Source of the DNA: a virus
Taxonomy: Duplodnaviria > Heunggongvirae > Uroviricota > Caudoviricetes
Virus record (IMG/VR): IMGVR_UViG_3300033067_001661
Coordinates: 128,001-192,000 of that record
Strand: one strand, 5' to 3'
Length of the DNA stretch: 64,000 nucleotides
Program-made: the position numbers and the translations under genes
Notes under the pieces: generated by a model
Told to the model about the DNA's origin: nothing
What the model saw: the letters and a program-made list of their open reading frames with translations, nothing else
Database searches by the model: none
Shown: in pieces, positions 1 to 11,500 of the stretch
Layout: each line of letters starts with the position of its first letter
Numbering within the stretch: position 1 is the stretch's first letter

Positions 1-54
1 CGTTGAAGAGTCCTGAACTCTTAGCGTAATATACGATCCAATTGATGAACTCAT
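1..54 (-). CDS. 5' end of a further gene running off the window (MSSSIGSYITLRVQDSST...)
   Basis: ATG at 54-52 overlaps the TGA of the 51..275 ORF (ATGA coupling); the frame stays open to the window edge. Confidence 0.55.
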   Translation of the reverse strand, partial: MSSSIGSYITLRVQDSST

Positions 55-275
55 AACATTCCTGATTCGTTCGGTTTTGCGTCAGGCGTATCTACGCCAA
101 GTTGGTAAATCTTACTCGAAGGAAGTCTGTTCTTTCTCTTTAACTTATCTTCGATACGGTCAGGCTTGTCAAAAAGAGAAGATTGCCCAGAATCATTCTC
201 TCCTGGGAAGGAACCTGGCTGTCTCTTAAGATCAGACGACAACTTTTGAAAGCTATTTGTTTGGATTACTTTCAA
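51..275 (-). CDS. hypothetical protein (74 aa)
   Basis: Overlaps both neighbours on the operon strand; AGGT SD-like sequence upstream. Confidence 0.6.
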   Translation of the reverse strand: MKVIQTNSFQKLSSDLKRQPGSFPGENDSGQSSLFDKPDRIEDKLKRKNRLPSSKIYQLGVDTPDAKPNESGML

Positions 276-504
276 CGTTGTTACCTTTCGCCATCAAATA
301 TTGCAATCGCTCTCCTGCGACTGTCCAAAGGTTATTGATGCTCTCTTTTGTTCCTGTAATCCTATAAAAAGCATCAATAAAATGGCCGTTCCTCATCAAA
401 GGCAAAGTATTCTCAAGATTTGAGTTTTGCTTCTGCATAGTAGCTACAACCTTCTTAAGGAACTCTATCTCTGACAAATCATTGTAATTCATCTCTTCTG
501 GCAT
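253..504 (-). CDS. hypothetical protein (83 aa, helical)
   Basis: GGAG SD about 7 nt upstream of ATG; tightly packed in the operon. Confidence 0.7.
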   Translation of the reverse strand: MPEEMNYNDLSEIEFLKKVVATMQKQNSNLENTLPLMRNGHFIDAFYRITGTKESINNLWTVAGERLQYLMAKGNNVESNPNK

Positions 505-516
505 ATTTCTTCTCCA

Positions 517-1572
517 TTACCAAACTCTAGTCTTTGACAAAAGCTGTTGCAGCGTCAAGTTGGGAGACGTAACAAGTTCCTTACTCTGTACTCTAAGCAA
601 AAGCTCAAAAGGAAGTTCGGACATTCCCCTCGCTCTTCTTTCAGATTCCACCTTCTCCCAGAGATCTTTGCTAAAATCCTTCAAAGTTTCTGTAGTGGAC
701 CAATCTGGCCCTCTTACAGAGTCAATCATTTTCTCGGTCAATCCCAAGAACCACCAGTTACCTGCATATGGATTAGCCGCAGCCGAAGATTGCGCTGTTT
801 TCAACTTGTCCATTTTTCTTAAGCCAAGCGAAGCCTCTTCCAAGTCCTTTGACTGGCAAATAAGAGACAAAACCGCCAAGAAATTCGCAACTTCTTCGTC
901 TTCGCCAAAAGCAAGACCCAAGAAATCCGTTATTCGTTCTCTCATAAAGAAATTCGAAAACATTTCTCGAATCAAAGCTTCAGGAGAATCTCCTGGCTTC
1001 ATCATAATTCGTAAAGCTTCAACCAACAGGAAAGCAGAACGAACTGAGCTTTTCTCTATATCAAGATTGACAAACAAATAAGGTTCGCCATTATTATCAG
1101 CTTGGACAACTACATCTAGCTCCTGCGATTTCTTAGCGACAATCCTTATGTTTTGTAACTTCAATCCTTTATACGGACAAAAGACATTCTTTATTAGCAT
1201 CCAAACGGCATGAAACTGATCGAGCTTCATGTTGATTACTTCGTTGTCATCGTCCTCATGAGATTTCCCATATTGGGTTTTGAAATCTGCAAGCATTGAA
1301 ATAAAGTATCGCATTAGAGTATAGCGAGCGTCCATGCTACCTATATTTCTACCAGAAACCGAACCAAGAGCATTTATGTAGACCGAATATATAGACGCCA
1401 TAGTGTCTAAAACAGATTTGCTTTTAGGAAGAACAATTTGTCCGTCCCTCAAAGAGGGAGAATCAATTTCTTCGAAAACAACGGGCAAATCGACAAAATC
1501 ACAGTCAAGCCTCTTGCATAAGATTTGCAAGGCCTTAGTTACAAGCAAATAATTACTGATTCTTAGTGCCAT
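517..1572 (-). CDS. hypothetical phage protein (351 aa)
   Basis: Long ORF on the operon strand; no family recognised. Confidence 0.8.
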   Translation of the reverse strand: MALRISNYLLVTKALQILCKRLDCDFVDLPVVFEEIDSPSLRDGQIVLPKSKSVLDTMASIYSVYINALGSVSGRNIGSMDARYTLMRYFISMLADFKTQYGKSHEDDDNEVINMKLDQFHAVWMLIKNVFCPYKGLKLQNIRIVAKKSQELDVVVQADNNGEPYLFVNLDIEKSSVRSAFLLVEALRIMMKPGDSPEALIREMFSNFFMRERITDFLGLAFGEDEEVANFLAVLSLICQSKDLEEASLGLRKMDKLKTAQSSAAANPYAGNWWFLGLTEKMIDSVRGPDWSTTETLKDFSKDLWEKVESERRARGMSELPFELLLRVQSKELVTSPNLTLQQLLSKTRVW

Positions 1573-1605
1573 GTCTATATATTCGAACTTTTATGAAAAA
1601 TCCCT

Positions 1606-2802
1606 TCACGATCTATCATGCTGTAGGTTGATATTGTAGGTCCAAGTTATACCTCTCTTAGGATGGATTCCAAAGAGCTTTTGCTCTGGCTTGTTGCCTG
1701 GCATATTATTGCTCAAAGAATAAACATCAGAACCGACAAAAGAGCCGTTCATAAGAGCTTTACCGCCATGCGTAGTAAACTCAGAACAGTTGTGAAAATG
1801 TCCACAAAGAGTATAATCGGGATTAACTCCAATCATAGCTCCCATCTTCCTCTCAACTTCCAACAGAGAAGTAACAGGAGGATTTTTGGCCTTTACGTCG
1901 TCTCCATGCATCATTAAAAACTTATGGTTTTGAATAGACTTCAACATCCACCAGCTTTTCGTTGTATGGAACTTTATTCTAGGTTCATCCTTGAACTCTT
2001 TCTGTATAAGCTCATAACATAGCAAATCAAAGTTGTTATACTTTTTCTCTGCACCATTTGGGGCTATTCGTCCATGATTTCCGTATATAGCATAGAACTC
2101 AACTTCCTCAAATAGAGTTAGCATGTAATAGAGGAAATCAGATATAGCCTTTTCGCCAATCATAATCTGGTCAAATATTGGAGAGTCAATCCAAACATGA
2201 GACCAAGCGCCTGCCGTATTTGCTCCTTCAACAATATCTCCTAGAGAGAAAATATGAAGCTTCTTAATAGGATACAGATTTGAATGAAGTTCATGAATAT
2301 CGGTAATGGCAAGCTTTAGATTTTCAAGTCTTTGCAAGAAAATGTCTATGTTATATTCAGATAAACCGCCAGTCTCCTCAATCGTATGTTCGTGACCTAT
2401 ATGAAGATCGCTTAGAATAAGACCAATATCTTCTGGCGTCCTATCAGTCTTTGGCGTTTTCGTATAAACAGGAGGAGGCGCAGGAGGGAGCTTTCTCATA
2501 GCATTATACAACTTGTCTGCTATGATATCAGCCTGAAGCCTATATTTCTCAAGATTCTTCTTGACGCTAATATCTCTATTCACCAAGCCCTGCTCTATCT
2601 CGGCATTCCTCTTCTCTTCAAGTTCAGGCTCATAAAAGTCATAACTTGTCCAGTCGGTATCCTTGTTGTACTTTGTTTCAAGAGCCTTTGGCGTGCGATT
2701 TAGCATCGCAGATAAAACCTTGTATGGAGTACCTTTCATTCTTTCCGTATAAAGAATTTTCAGGTCTTCTTCAGTCCATTTTCTAGCTTCAAAGTTTGAC
2801 AT
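1606..2802 (-). CDS. calcineurin-like metallophosphoesterase with N-terminal Myb/HTH-like domain
   Basis: All five MPP motifs: SDLHIG, LGDIVEG, GNHGR, MHGD, GHFH. N-terminal WTEEDLKIL...LSAMLNRTPKALETKY resembles a Myb/HTH. Confidence 0.85.
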   Translation of the reverse strand: MSNFEARKWTEEDLKILYTERMKGTPYKVLSAMLNRTPKALETKYNKDTDWTSYDFYEPELEEKRNAEIEQGLVNRDISVKKNLEKYRLQADIIADKLYNAMRKLPPAPPPVYTKTPKTDRTPEDIGLILSDLHIGHEHTIEETGGLSEYNIDIFLQRLENLKLAITDIHELHSNLYPIKKLHIFSLGDIVEGANTAGAWSHVWIDSPIFDQIMIGEKAISDFLYYMLTLFEEVEFYAIYGNHGRIAPNGAEKKYNNFDLLCYELIQKEFKDEPRIKFHTTKSWWMLKSIQNHKFLMMHGDDVKAKNPPVTSLLEVERKMGAMIGVNPDYTLCGHFHNCSEFTTHGGKALMNGSFVGSDVYSLSNNMPGNKPEQKLFGIHPKRGITWTYNINLQHDRS

Positions 2803-3514
2803 TTTTCATCCTTTTCTTAAGGGCAAATATTACAGCATTATGATCAGCTAGCTGCATTGCTCCGTTTTTCCTAGTCATACCGCTTGGATTTACTCTGTAT
2901 TTGATTAGGTAATCTTGTAAGTTTGCAAATTTCTTACCATACAGAATCGCTCTACACCAAAAATCTAAGTCATGCGCATACCTAATCTTGTTATCAGGAG
3001 AATAACCTCCAACCTCCCTATAGCCTGATAGCCTATACATGGAAGCTGGATTGATAATCGGACATTTTGATTGAGACACAAGCATTCTCACGATTTCTTT
3101 GTGAGAAGCCGGGGGAAAATCCCAATCTCCAATAAAATTTCCCGCCAAATCAATCTTTTTAGCCCTACCTCCAACGCAAAAAATATCGGGATTCTCCTCA
3201 AGATAGTTAAACTGTAACTCAAGACGATTTGACATGCTCACATCGTCAGCGTCATGAATGGCAATATAGTCCGTCACGGCTAAATCTATCGCCTCTTTAG
3301 ACCTAGCTAAAACCCCTCTATTTTCCTGGTAATCAACAAAGCGTATTCTTGGATCAGTAAAAGACTTGATTACTTCTGATGTTCCGTCTGTTGAACCGTC
3401 ATTGATAATGATGAACTCAAAATCCGAAAACGATTGCCCCAAAATAGACAAGATAGACTCTTTTACAAGTCTTTCGCAGTTGTAAGCTGGAGTTATAACG
3501 CTTATCCTAGCCAT
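2789..3514 (-). CDS. glycosyltransferase family 2 (GT-A fold)
   Basis: ISVITPAYN, IIINDGSTDGT, IAIHDADD (DxD), HDLDFW. Confidence 0.92.
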   Translation of the reverse strand: MARISVITPAYNCERLVKESILSILGQSFSDFEFIIINDGSTDGTSEVIKSFTDPRIRFVDYQENRGVLARSKEAIDLAVTDYIAIHDADDVSMSNRLELQFNYLEENPDIFCVGGRAKKIDLAGNFIGDWDFPPASHKEIVRMLVSQSKCPIINPASMYRLSGYREVGGYSPDNKIRYAHDLDFWCRAILYGKKFANLQDYLIKYRVNPSGMTRKNGAMQLADHNAVIFALKKRMKNVKL

Positions 3515-4629
3515 GCCTTCTTTGAGTTGAAAAAGTCGCTATACCTTTCTTTTATCTCGTCCCAATTATAATCGGCAAGAACTTCTTGATATCCGTCTTC
3601 TCCTAGGGAATCTACAAGAGACTTGTCAGAAAGAAGCTCATCTATATGTTTCTCAAAAGCCAAAGAAACAGCAGCGTCAAACTTCTTCATCTCTCTCGGT
3701 CCCGTTACTGAATCAACACAGAAACCGCCCTTCAAATCAGCAACATGACCAACGTTCAAAGCAATCCACGGCTTCTTAGCAGCCATTGCCTCTAAAAGAA
3801 CTATCGGCCCGCATTCTTGCTGAGACGGAAAAACAAAAGCATCGCTTGCAAAATAAGACTGAACAACATGAGACCTTGGAATGTCATTCAAAAACTTCAC
3901 AGGAAGGCCTCGGCATTGATTTGTAATCATCTCCCTCAATCTATTGCCGGGCTGGAAAGCAAGGGTTGAAGATATAAAGACGAATGTAAAGTCCTTACGT
4001 TTTCTACTCAACCTGGCTATGATTGGCGTCAAAAACTCTTGACCCTTCCCAGGGAAGAAGTTAGAAACACAGAGCAGCATCTTTTCTGTGTTTATGCCGT
4101 AATGCAATTTGAAATCAAAATCAGACTTAACAAACTCGCTCATGTCAACCGAATTGTGAATTATTCTAACAGGGATACCCCAGTCTTTACAAGTCTTAAC
4201 GTCAATATAAGACTCGGCATGAGCTAGAACCTTGAATTGTTGATGGTTTCGCCTAAAAAGCTCAGCAATGGCCTTATTTTGAGGTATTTCGGACCTCATT
4301 CTATTCATGCCAACAAGAGCAATGCTTTTATCAGAATTGATTTTCTCAAGATTCTTCAGCATGGCTGGCCACATAAAGAACCAGTCGCTGTAAACCATAA
4401 TATGATCAGCACCTTCAGAAACAAGAAGTTCTATGAACTGTTGCTCATTCAAAAAGCCAACAGGAACAACTTTTACTCCGTTATGATATACAGAATGAGT
4501 GCCATGCTGACAGAAAACCGTACATAAGTTACCTTTAGAAACGATATGTTCAGTTATTTGCTGAACTATCCGCTCGGCTCCACCCGTATGAAAAGGTTGG
4601 GCAAAATTTGTGCAAACAATAAGCTTCAT
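3502..4629 (-). CDS. glycosyltransferase family 4 (GT-B fold)
   Basis: GGAE N-terminal motif, IIHNSVD, KGQE, FVFPSQQECGPIVLLEAMA (E-x7-E). Confidence 0.92.
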   Translation of the reverse strand: MKLIVCTNFAQPFHTGGAERIVQQITEHIVSKGNLCTVFCQHGTHSVYHNGVKVVPVGFLNEQQFIELLVSEGADHIMVYSDWFFMWPAMLKNLEKINSDKSIALVGMNRMRSEIPQNKAIAELFRRNHQQFKVLAHAESYIDVKTCKDWGIPVRIIHNSVDMSEFVKSDFDFKLHYGINTEKMLLCVSNFFPGKGQEFLTPIIARLSRKRKDFTFVFISSTLAFQPGNRLREMITNQCRGLPVKFLNDIPRSHVVQSYFASDAFVFPSQQECGPIVLLEAMAAKKPWIALNVGHVADLKGGFCVDSVTGPREMKKFDAAVSLAFEKHIDELLSDKSLVDSLGEDGYQEVLADYNWDEIKERYSDFFNSKKAWLG

Positions 4630-4630
4630 A

Positions 4631-5341
4631 TTATCTCATTGGCAAAAACGTCTTACCAGACCATTTCTTCTTAAACTTATCGTAACTCTGCGTGAAAAAC
4701 TTCATCCTATCCTTATCTTTACCTAGGGTCTGATGCGGTAAGTGATCTATCTTCGCTAGGCTATTCCAGCCTATTTTGAAACCAGCCTCTCTTGCCCTAA
4801 AGTTGAAATCAGGATCTTCAAAATAAGCGGGATTGAACTGCTCATCAAAAAGTCCTAGCTTATCAACAACCTCTTTCTTTACCATCATTCCGCCGCAACC
4901 GACATAGGTATATGGATCGCCTTTCTTCTTGCAGTTATGTCTTGGCATGAAACTCGAATCCATAAGCCAAGCATCCGCTCCAACTAAATCGTAATTACCG
5001 CTCTCCATAAACTCATGATATTGCTCAAGCCATCCCGCTCGAACAAACTGATCATTATCAAGAAAACACAAAAGTTCTGTTGGGTCAGATTGATAAAGAG
5101 CATAACCCATGTTACGCCCGCCAATAACCCCAAGATTTCTGTCGTTGATAACGAGAGTATGGTTCTTAAACATTGAAAGAGCATCTGTCAAATACTCTTT
5201 CGTTCCGTCTATAGAACCATTGTCAATCATAATAAGATTGAAAACTGAAGGTTCTGTATATTTGAAAAGTAGTTCTATGAATTTCTCCGTTACAGCTTTG
5301 CCATTATAGGAGAGAACTACTATAGTTGTTTGCTTCGTCAT
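4631..5341 (-). CDS. glycosyltransferase family 2 (GT_2_like_c / rhamnosyltransferase-like group)
   Basis: IVVLSYN, IDNGSIDGT, NLGVIGGRNMG, FLDND (DxD), GLFDEQF..YFEDPDFNFRAREAG. Confidence 0.9.
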   Translation of the reverse strand: MTKQTTIVVLSYNGKAVTEKFIELLFKYTEPSVFNLIMIDNGSIDGTKEYLTDALSMFKNHTLVINDRNLGVIGGRNMGYALYQSDPTELLCFLDNDQFVRAGWLEQYHEFMESGNYDLVGADAWLMDSSFMPRHNCKKKGDPYTYVGCGGMMVKKEVVDKLGLFDEQFNPAYFEDPDFNFRAREAGFKIGWNSLAKIDHLPHQTLGKDKDRMKFFTQSYDKFKKKWSGKTFLPMR

Positions 5342-5342
5342 T

Positions 5343-5552
5343 TTACATTCGGTTTACTTTGTCAAGCTTCAAAAGATCAGCATCAGAAATCTCACCTGTC
5401 TGGCAAAACTTCTTTATTTTGTCCAAAGAAACACCAGACAGTTGCGATATCATTTCGCAATCATTACCCATAAATGACAATTCTTCTCTCATTGCCTCTT
5501 TAGATTGCAATAACTTGGATTTCTTCTTCACGGCTTTCTTCTTCATTGCCAT
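5343..5552 (-). CDS. small basic protein, possible XRE-type helix-turn-helix
   Basis: EMISQLSGVSLDKIKKF pattern; Lys-rich N-terminus; fills the gap between coupled genes. Confidence 0.55.
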   Translation of the reverse strand: MAMKKKAVKKKSKLLQSKEAMREELSFMGNDCEMISQLSGVSLDKIKKFCQTGEISDADLLKLDKVNRM

Positions 5553-5558
5553 ATTTCC

Positions 5559-8500
5559 TTACACTATTTCAACGGTATTCGATTGGGTTGCCGTACCTAC
5601 GCTAATACCGTCAAACGGAATTACTTCGGCTTTCCATCTCTGTCCAGAAGCGGTATTCACAGCCGGAACAATTCGGACATTCTGTAGAGATGGAACCTCT
5701 TCAAAGGTTGAAGAGCCGCTCAAGGCCCTAAACCATCTAATCGAACTCTGGTCGTTCTGAGTGCTTCCTTGCTGCTGAGATTCAGCGTCAACATAGGTAT
5801 ATGTCAACTGCAAAGCAGACGCAGAAGAGGCCGTTGGGCTAGGCGATACAGTTACATTCCTAACCGTAGGAGGATCATTTTCTACGGAAACGGCAGCGCT
5901 TGTTACTGGATTTCCAATGATATTCTGAGAAGCAGGAAGTATTGTAACCTCTAGAACATTACCAATGGCAATACCAACAATGTTATTCTTGACTTCACCA
6001 GGTATGATTTCATTATTGGATATTCCACCAACAGTAACCCCAAGATCTCCTCTCTTGAACTCAATTCCATTGACATACCAAATTATCTGAGAGCTAGTAT
6101 TACCGTCGCCGTCTTGGAAGTAAGCAAAATCAGCAAACGCTCTTGTTGTTGTTGTTACTGTATCCTGTAGCGTTCCGTCATTCTTCTTACCCTTGATTGT
6201 TATAGCCGTTATAAATGGAGGAGCCTCTATTGCGGTAACGGAAGGAGAACGAACAATGTCGCTAAACAAGATTCCATCACTGGCCTTAATTGTTGCGTAA
6301 ACAACATCGTCAACCTTCAATATGCTTTCTCCCTTTTCTCTTGCATATTGCTCATAGCTTGTTCCTGCGGGAACATTTTCAGGTCTAAATGACAAAGCGT
6401 AAACCCATATTGGGTCATTAATGTCATTGATGTTATTCCAGATTCTTAGATTACGCAAGTATTCTATTTCAACTCCATTGATATACCAGCGTATAACAGT
6501 TTGATCTGTATCCTCGCTTCTCTGATTGATGTCAAAATACTTGTAAGACAAACTAATCGTCTGATAAATCGTCAATGTACTTGGAACAACTCTAAAGTCA
6601 GTAATAGTCGGCGGTCTCTGCGACAATGGAGGCGGCAAGAAAACATTAGTGTTGTACATATACGCAACACCATCTATTTCAACAGGATTGTAAGAATCCA
6701 TATTGAGGATTCTAACTCCAAGTCTTAGATTTCCTGCGTTCTCTATCGAAACAGAGAATGGTCCAAGCTGCTTAGAAGAAAATACAACAAGTCCCTCTTT
6801 AGGATAAAGTTCATATCCATCAGAGGCAACAGTCTCTCCGTCCTTATCAAGAATGGTTACTCTTGAAGTAACGTCCCACTTGCCATATCTAGCCTTCCAC
6901 ATAAAACCATTAACATTGTCAAGAGGTTCATTAAGAGTTGCGTCCTGCTCTTGATTGTAACGAATAGGTATGAATATCTTTCCATACCTATCCGAAGCAG
7001 GCTGAGCGCCACTATAGTAGTCAGACCAGTTATAAGACAAACTTGTTGTTGCGCCAACCTGTATGGTACTAAGATCTGGTTTATTTGCAGACACCGCAAC
7101 AGCTATTTGCTGAGGGCTAAAATCGGTTGTCTCTGGCTTCAAGTATATAAAGCTTTCAGTTGGTACACTATACTTAATGTTGATGGCAGTTAGAGCAGGA
7201 ACGCCAGGCGTTGGGATAAGATCATACTCGTTCTCTATATAAGAACTCAATCCGCTCAAAAGCGTGACCTTGAACTTGATATATCTAGCATTGACATTTA
7301 CAAGCGATATTTCTGTATTAGGATTGAATGAATCGCTGTAATCTGAATAGTTGAAACCATCTTCACTTGTCGCCATCCTCCAATTACCATCTGTATTTGG
7401 GTATAACTCATAGTCAAGAGATACGGTATTGATAATACTGTTCTTGCTCAAATCAATAACACACTCATACAACCCCCAACCAATTGAGCCTTCTACTCGA
7501 CCCAATGAGTTGTTCAATATCTCGTCAATATAAGCTGCGTCTAGAATGGTCTGGCTTTGTCCGCCAGTCTGATTAGCAATAGTGTCTAGAGAATCTGTAT
7601 CTGTTCGACTTACCAAGGCTGACAAAGTAACTGGGAAAACAACAGAGAAGTTATTGATAACAACAGGAACCTTACCAAAACCGTCGATTGCCTGAACGTC
7701 TTGTATTGCGGTATCAAGCGTATTAATTGAAAGATTCTCTTCATTATCAGTATTGACATAAATAACCTTGGCATATGGATCAAGGTCTTCGTCAAGCATG
7801 ATTACTGCATTTTTAACAAGAGCATCATAGAGAGGCGAAGCTCCAAAAGGAATTTCATTTCTAAGCCTTGTTAAGCCCTTAGCCATGTCCTCAAACTCTC
7901 CATTCTCGACATGAACAATGATTTGAGGTATCCATTCAATATCACTAAAATACTGTACCTCAGGACTTTCTAGCTGAGGAGTCTGCGGCGGATTGAGATC
8001 GAAAACTGGATTATCGCTTTCCTTTAGAGATTGGTCAATGGTTTGATTGTTTTCAGAATCTCTTCCTGGGTCATAGTTGTTTTGGTTGGAGCTTTGCTCG
8101 ACAGCTTGACTTCCTTCAACGCTTCGGCATCCTTCGAATTCTGTAATGTCTCCGCTGGAAGATCCTGAGGAGCCTCCCGAACCACCAGTGTTTGAGCCTG
8201 GCGTGTCTGAGCCTGCCGAACCATCTGTTGTATTATTCGTTGTTGTGGAGTCTTCATTGTCTTTGATATCTATTACTGTTTGACCATAATAAAACTCATC
8301 AAGAACCGTTATACGAACCTTAATGGTATAAGGATTCCTAACCTCGCCTTCTTTGATAAGGAGAGTATTGTTACCTTCGTTTCCGCCTTCACCAGCAACA
8401 GAATCTTGTATACCAAGCTTCTCTTTAATTTCAGATATCTTCTTCAAAATGTCATCGGCTCTTGGAAGCATAATGGTAGATGCTACACCGTCGTAGATAT

Positions 8501-11500
8501 AGAAATCGTTTGAGCTAAAAACAACAGGATAAACAAGTGCGTCTCTAAGCGCTTGATTGTCAGATTGTTGCTGCGATTGATCTCCACCAGCGGTTTGATC
8601 GTTTCCTGCTTGCGAATTTGGGAACAAGAGTATACCTTGAACCAAAACTCTCACTTCCTTCGTAGGATGTTCGCCTACGTCATTAAGCAACTCAATAGAA
8701 ACAGTTGCAGACTGCTTACCGTCAAGACGAATAGAAGACGGGCTAACTCTTGCTTTGATTTGCAAGAATCCGGCTGGGCGACCGCTTGTAAGACCGCCGC
8801 AAGAATAGACATATCTCCAGTTATCACTAGAACAACCAAAAGCTGTCTTAGCCGTAGGCATTCTTTTGCCTTCAGCATATGAATAAACAGGAGAGCCTTC
8901 GGTAATAATATCAAGAAGATTAAGAACTTGAGACTTATCGCTTGTTCCGCCTAAGAAATAATGCTGGTCTAGAATGCTAACACAAGTACCTCTATACCTA
9001 GGAGAAGGAATCTGCCTATAGATATAGTCGTCAAGCGTAATTTCAAGCGTATCCAAATCTATTTCAAATGCATCTGTAACAAACAACAAAGGCTGTTCGC
9101 CTGTCTCTTCATTTCTCTCTCCTGGTATCGCTCCGCCAACAACATGAATCTTTGTTTGATTTGCTTCTACAAACGCAAACGGAGAAACTCTATTATAGAG
9201 AGCTAATTCTTCATCAACAAACTGATTACTCCAACTCCATGTTAAAGTCTCAAAATCAAATACAAGAATTCTGTCATTAACAGCATCAATGCTGCCTCTT
9301 GTTCCAATCTTTCTTATACCACCAATAATGTATGCTTTACCATTTGAAACAACGCAAGCGCCCAAAGCGACTCCATATGTATTCTGGTCAAATACAGGCA
9401 TTGGAGCAAGCTCTTCCCATGTATCATTAGCGATATCATATCTTTCAACCGAACTAGAGATTACAAGTTCCGTTCCATTAGCTGTTATACCGCCAAAGAC
9501 ATATACATAGCCATAGTCCTGAACCGCCATGTGATAGAATCTTGGCGTATTCATTGACTTCTTAATGTACCACTTATCCTCGCCGATATCATACATCTCA
9601 TTATAAGACAAGATAGACTTACCGTTGAGGCCTCCTATCGCAAACAATCTTTCACCATAGGCGTCAAAATCCCAACTTGTCGTCAAGCAACCTCTTGGAT
9701 AGTTCATGGAGGCTTTTACTGCCCATTCATTAGTATAGGTGTCATAAACGTCAAGAGCAGCACTAAAGACATTGCTAACTTCGCCTTCCGGTCTATCCTC
9801 AGGGCCTTCTTCTTTAGGTTGAGAAGGATCGTACTTAATAGTAACGCAGCAAGTCATACTGCGCTCAACGTCGCCTCTCTTGTCATAGTTTGTTTCTGCT
9901 TGAACTTGAGCTTCAAAAGCAGATTCAGGACCAAAAGGAGCAACAAAGAACGAGGCAAAACTTCTAACATTGCCATCAGGATTCAATATTGGATCATTAA
10001 GTTTTTCCGTAAAGATCGTATCATTTTGTAATATGATTTTTTCTGGATTCTTACCGCCAATAGTCAAGAAAACAGGAGTTCCATTAGGAACAGGACGGCC
10101 CTTGAATGTTACTTCAAGAACAAACTCATGAACAGCAACTCCGTCGCAAAGAAGCTTTTCAACAGACTGACCGCTCCTTCTTATGTCAACAATAGATATA
10201 TCAAGAGGCTCTTTCAAATCAATAGTTGTTGGAGGGATACCAGTCTTTAGATCTCCTCCGCCGCGAAGATATCTTGTTTCTCCATTGAAGTTGACGGTTG
10301 TTCTACCATCAATAACAGACAATCCTTTTTTCTTAGCCAAACCTGGTGGAACTTCTATGCAATCGCATGAATTTGAAGATTGGCCAGAATCGCCATTATC
10401 ATCTCCTGCACCCGAATCAGGCTGCGGTCTTCCTATAAACTTGTTTATTCTCAAATAGAAAGTCGTTGTTCCGCCAGTTTGCGCAAGAGGAATCTGAGCA
10501 AAACCTTCGGACTGATTTGCCTCATTAACAACATACTCTTCTATGTCTTCGTCATAGACAACTTCCAAGTTATCGCCATATAGTATTTCAAAGCTGTCAC
10601 CAGACTCTATTTCAACTATTTGTCCATTATCAAGAACAAAGATTGGTCTGCTTGCGTTCTCTGCGCATTGTCTGAAACATTCAGCAGAAGAACCTCCAGT
10701 TACATTTGGATCATGATAAACAGTGCAACGAACAAGGCTATATCCGTCAGCATAAAGCGTGTTTACATACTGAGGCATATCCATAAGGAATCTTGAGCCA
10801 AAGCCTCTTCCTCCAAAATTAGGAGGATATATGATAGCCGGTCTTTCTTCAAAAGCGCTAAGACCGTCATAAACAACTGAAGCCTTAATAGCATAAAGTT
10901 CAGGAAGATAAATAACGTTACCTGGACATGGTACATAAAGCTCCCATGTAACTCCGCAAGCGGGGCCGAAGAAGATCCTTCTTGCCATACCGCCTCTCGT
11001 ATAAGAGAATACGCCTGGTCCTGCTGGAACATTATCTGTTGAATAGAATGGTCTATCCTTGGCGTTTCTTCCTTTTCTTAGATTCCAACGAACAACCTGC
11101 TGATCCGTGACAGGAATCTTTCTTGGCCTATCAATATTTGGGCTATCCGGATCAATGAGATAGATATTCGCCATCTGCTCAGAAACGTCAATACAATTTG
11201 ACTCTGGCGGTTCTATCGTTGTTTCAACTCTCAGTATGTTCTCAAAGACAATATACAACTTCTTACGAGCGTAGTAACCATTGAAACCAACTTTTGTAAA
11301 GAGCATTACCGCCTGAGGTGTTCTTGGGGCGCGAAGGGGAATGTCTGTATATGTAACTTGTCTTGTTGTTCCGTCGCTCAACCTCTGCAATCCAATTCTA
11401 AGAGGAATGGAAGTTGCAGGAGGTTGGACTGAACGACTTCTTCTCGTTGAGAATGTTGGAACAAACGGTCTTCTTTCGCTTGAACCGTCTGTTTGAGAAC

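Noticed and set aside
775-830. KLKTAQ segment in the 351-aa protein, reminiscent of K-x-A-Q motifs I recall from large-phage proteins as possible maturation sites
   Set aside because: Single occurrence; cannot be supported from this window alone.
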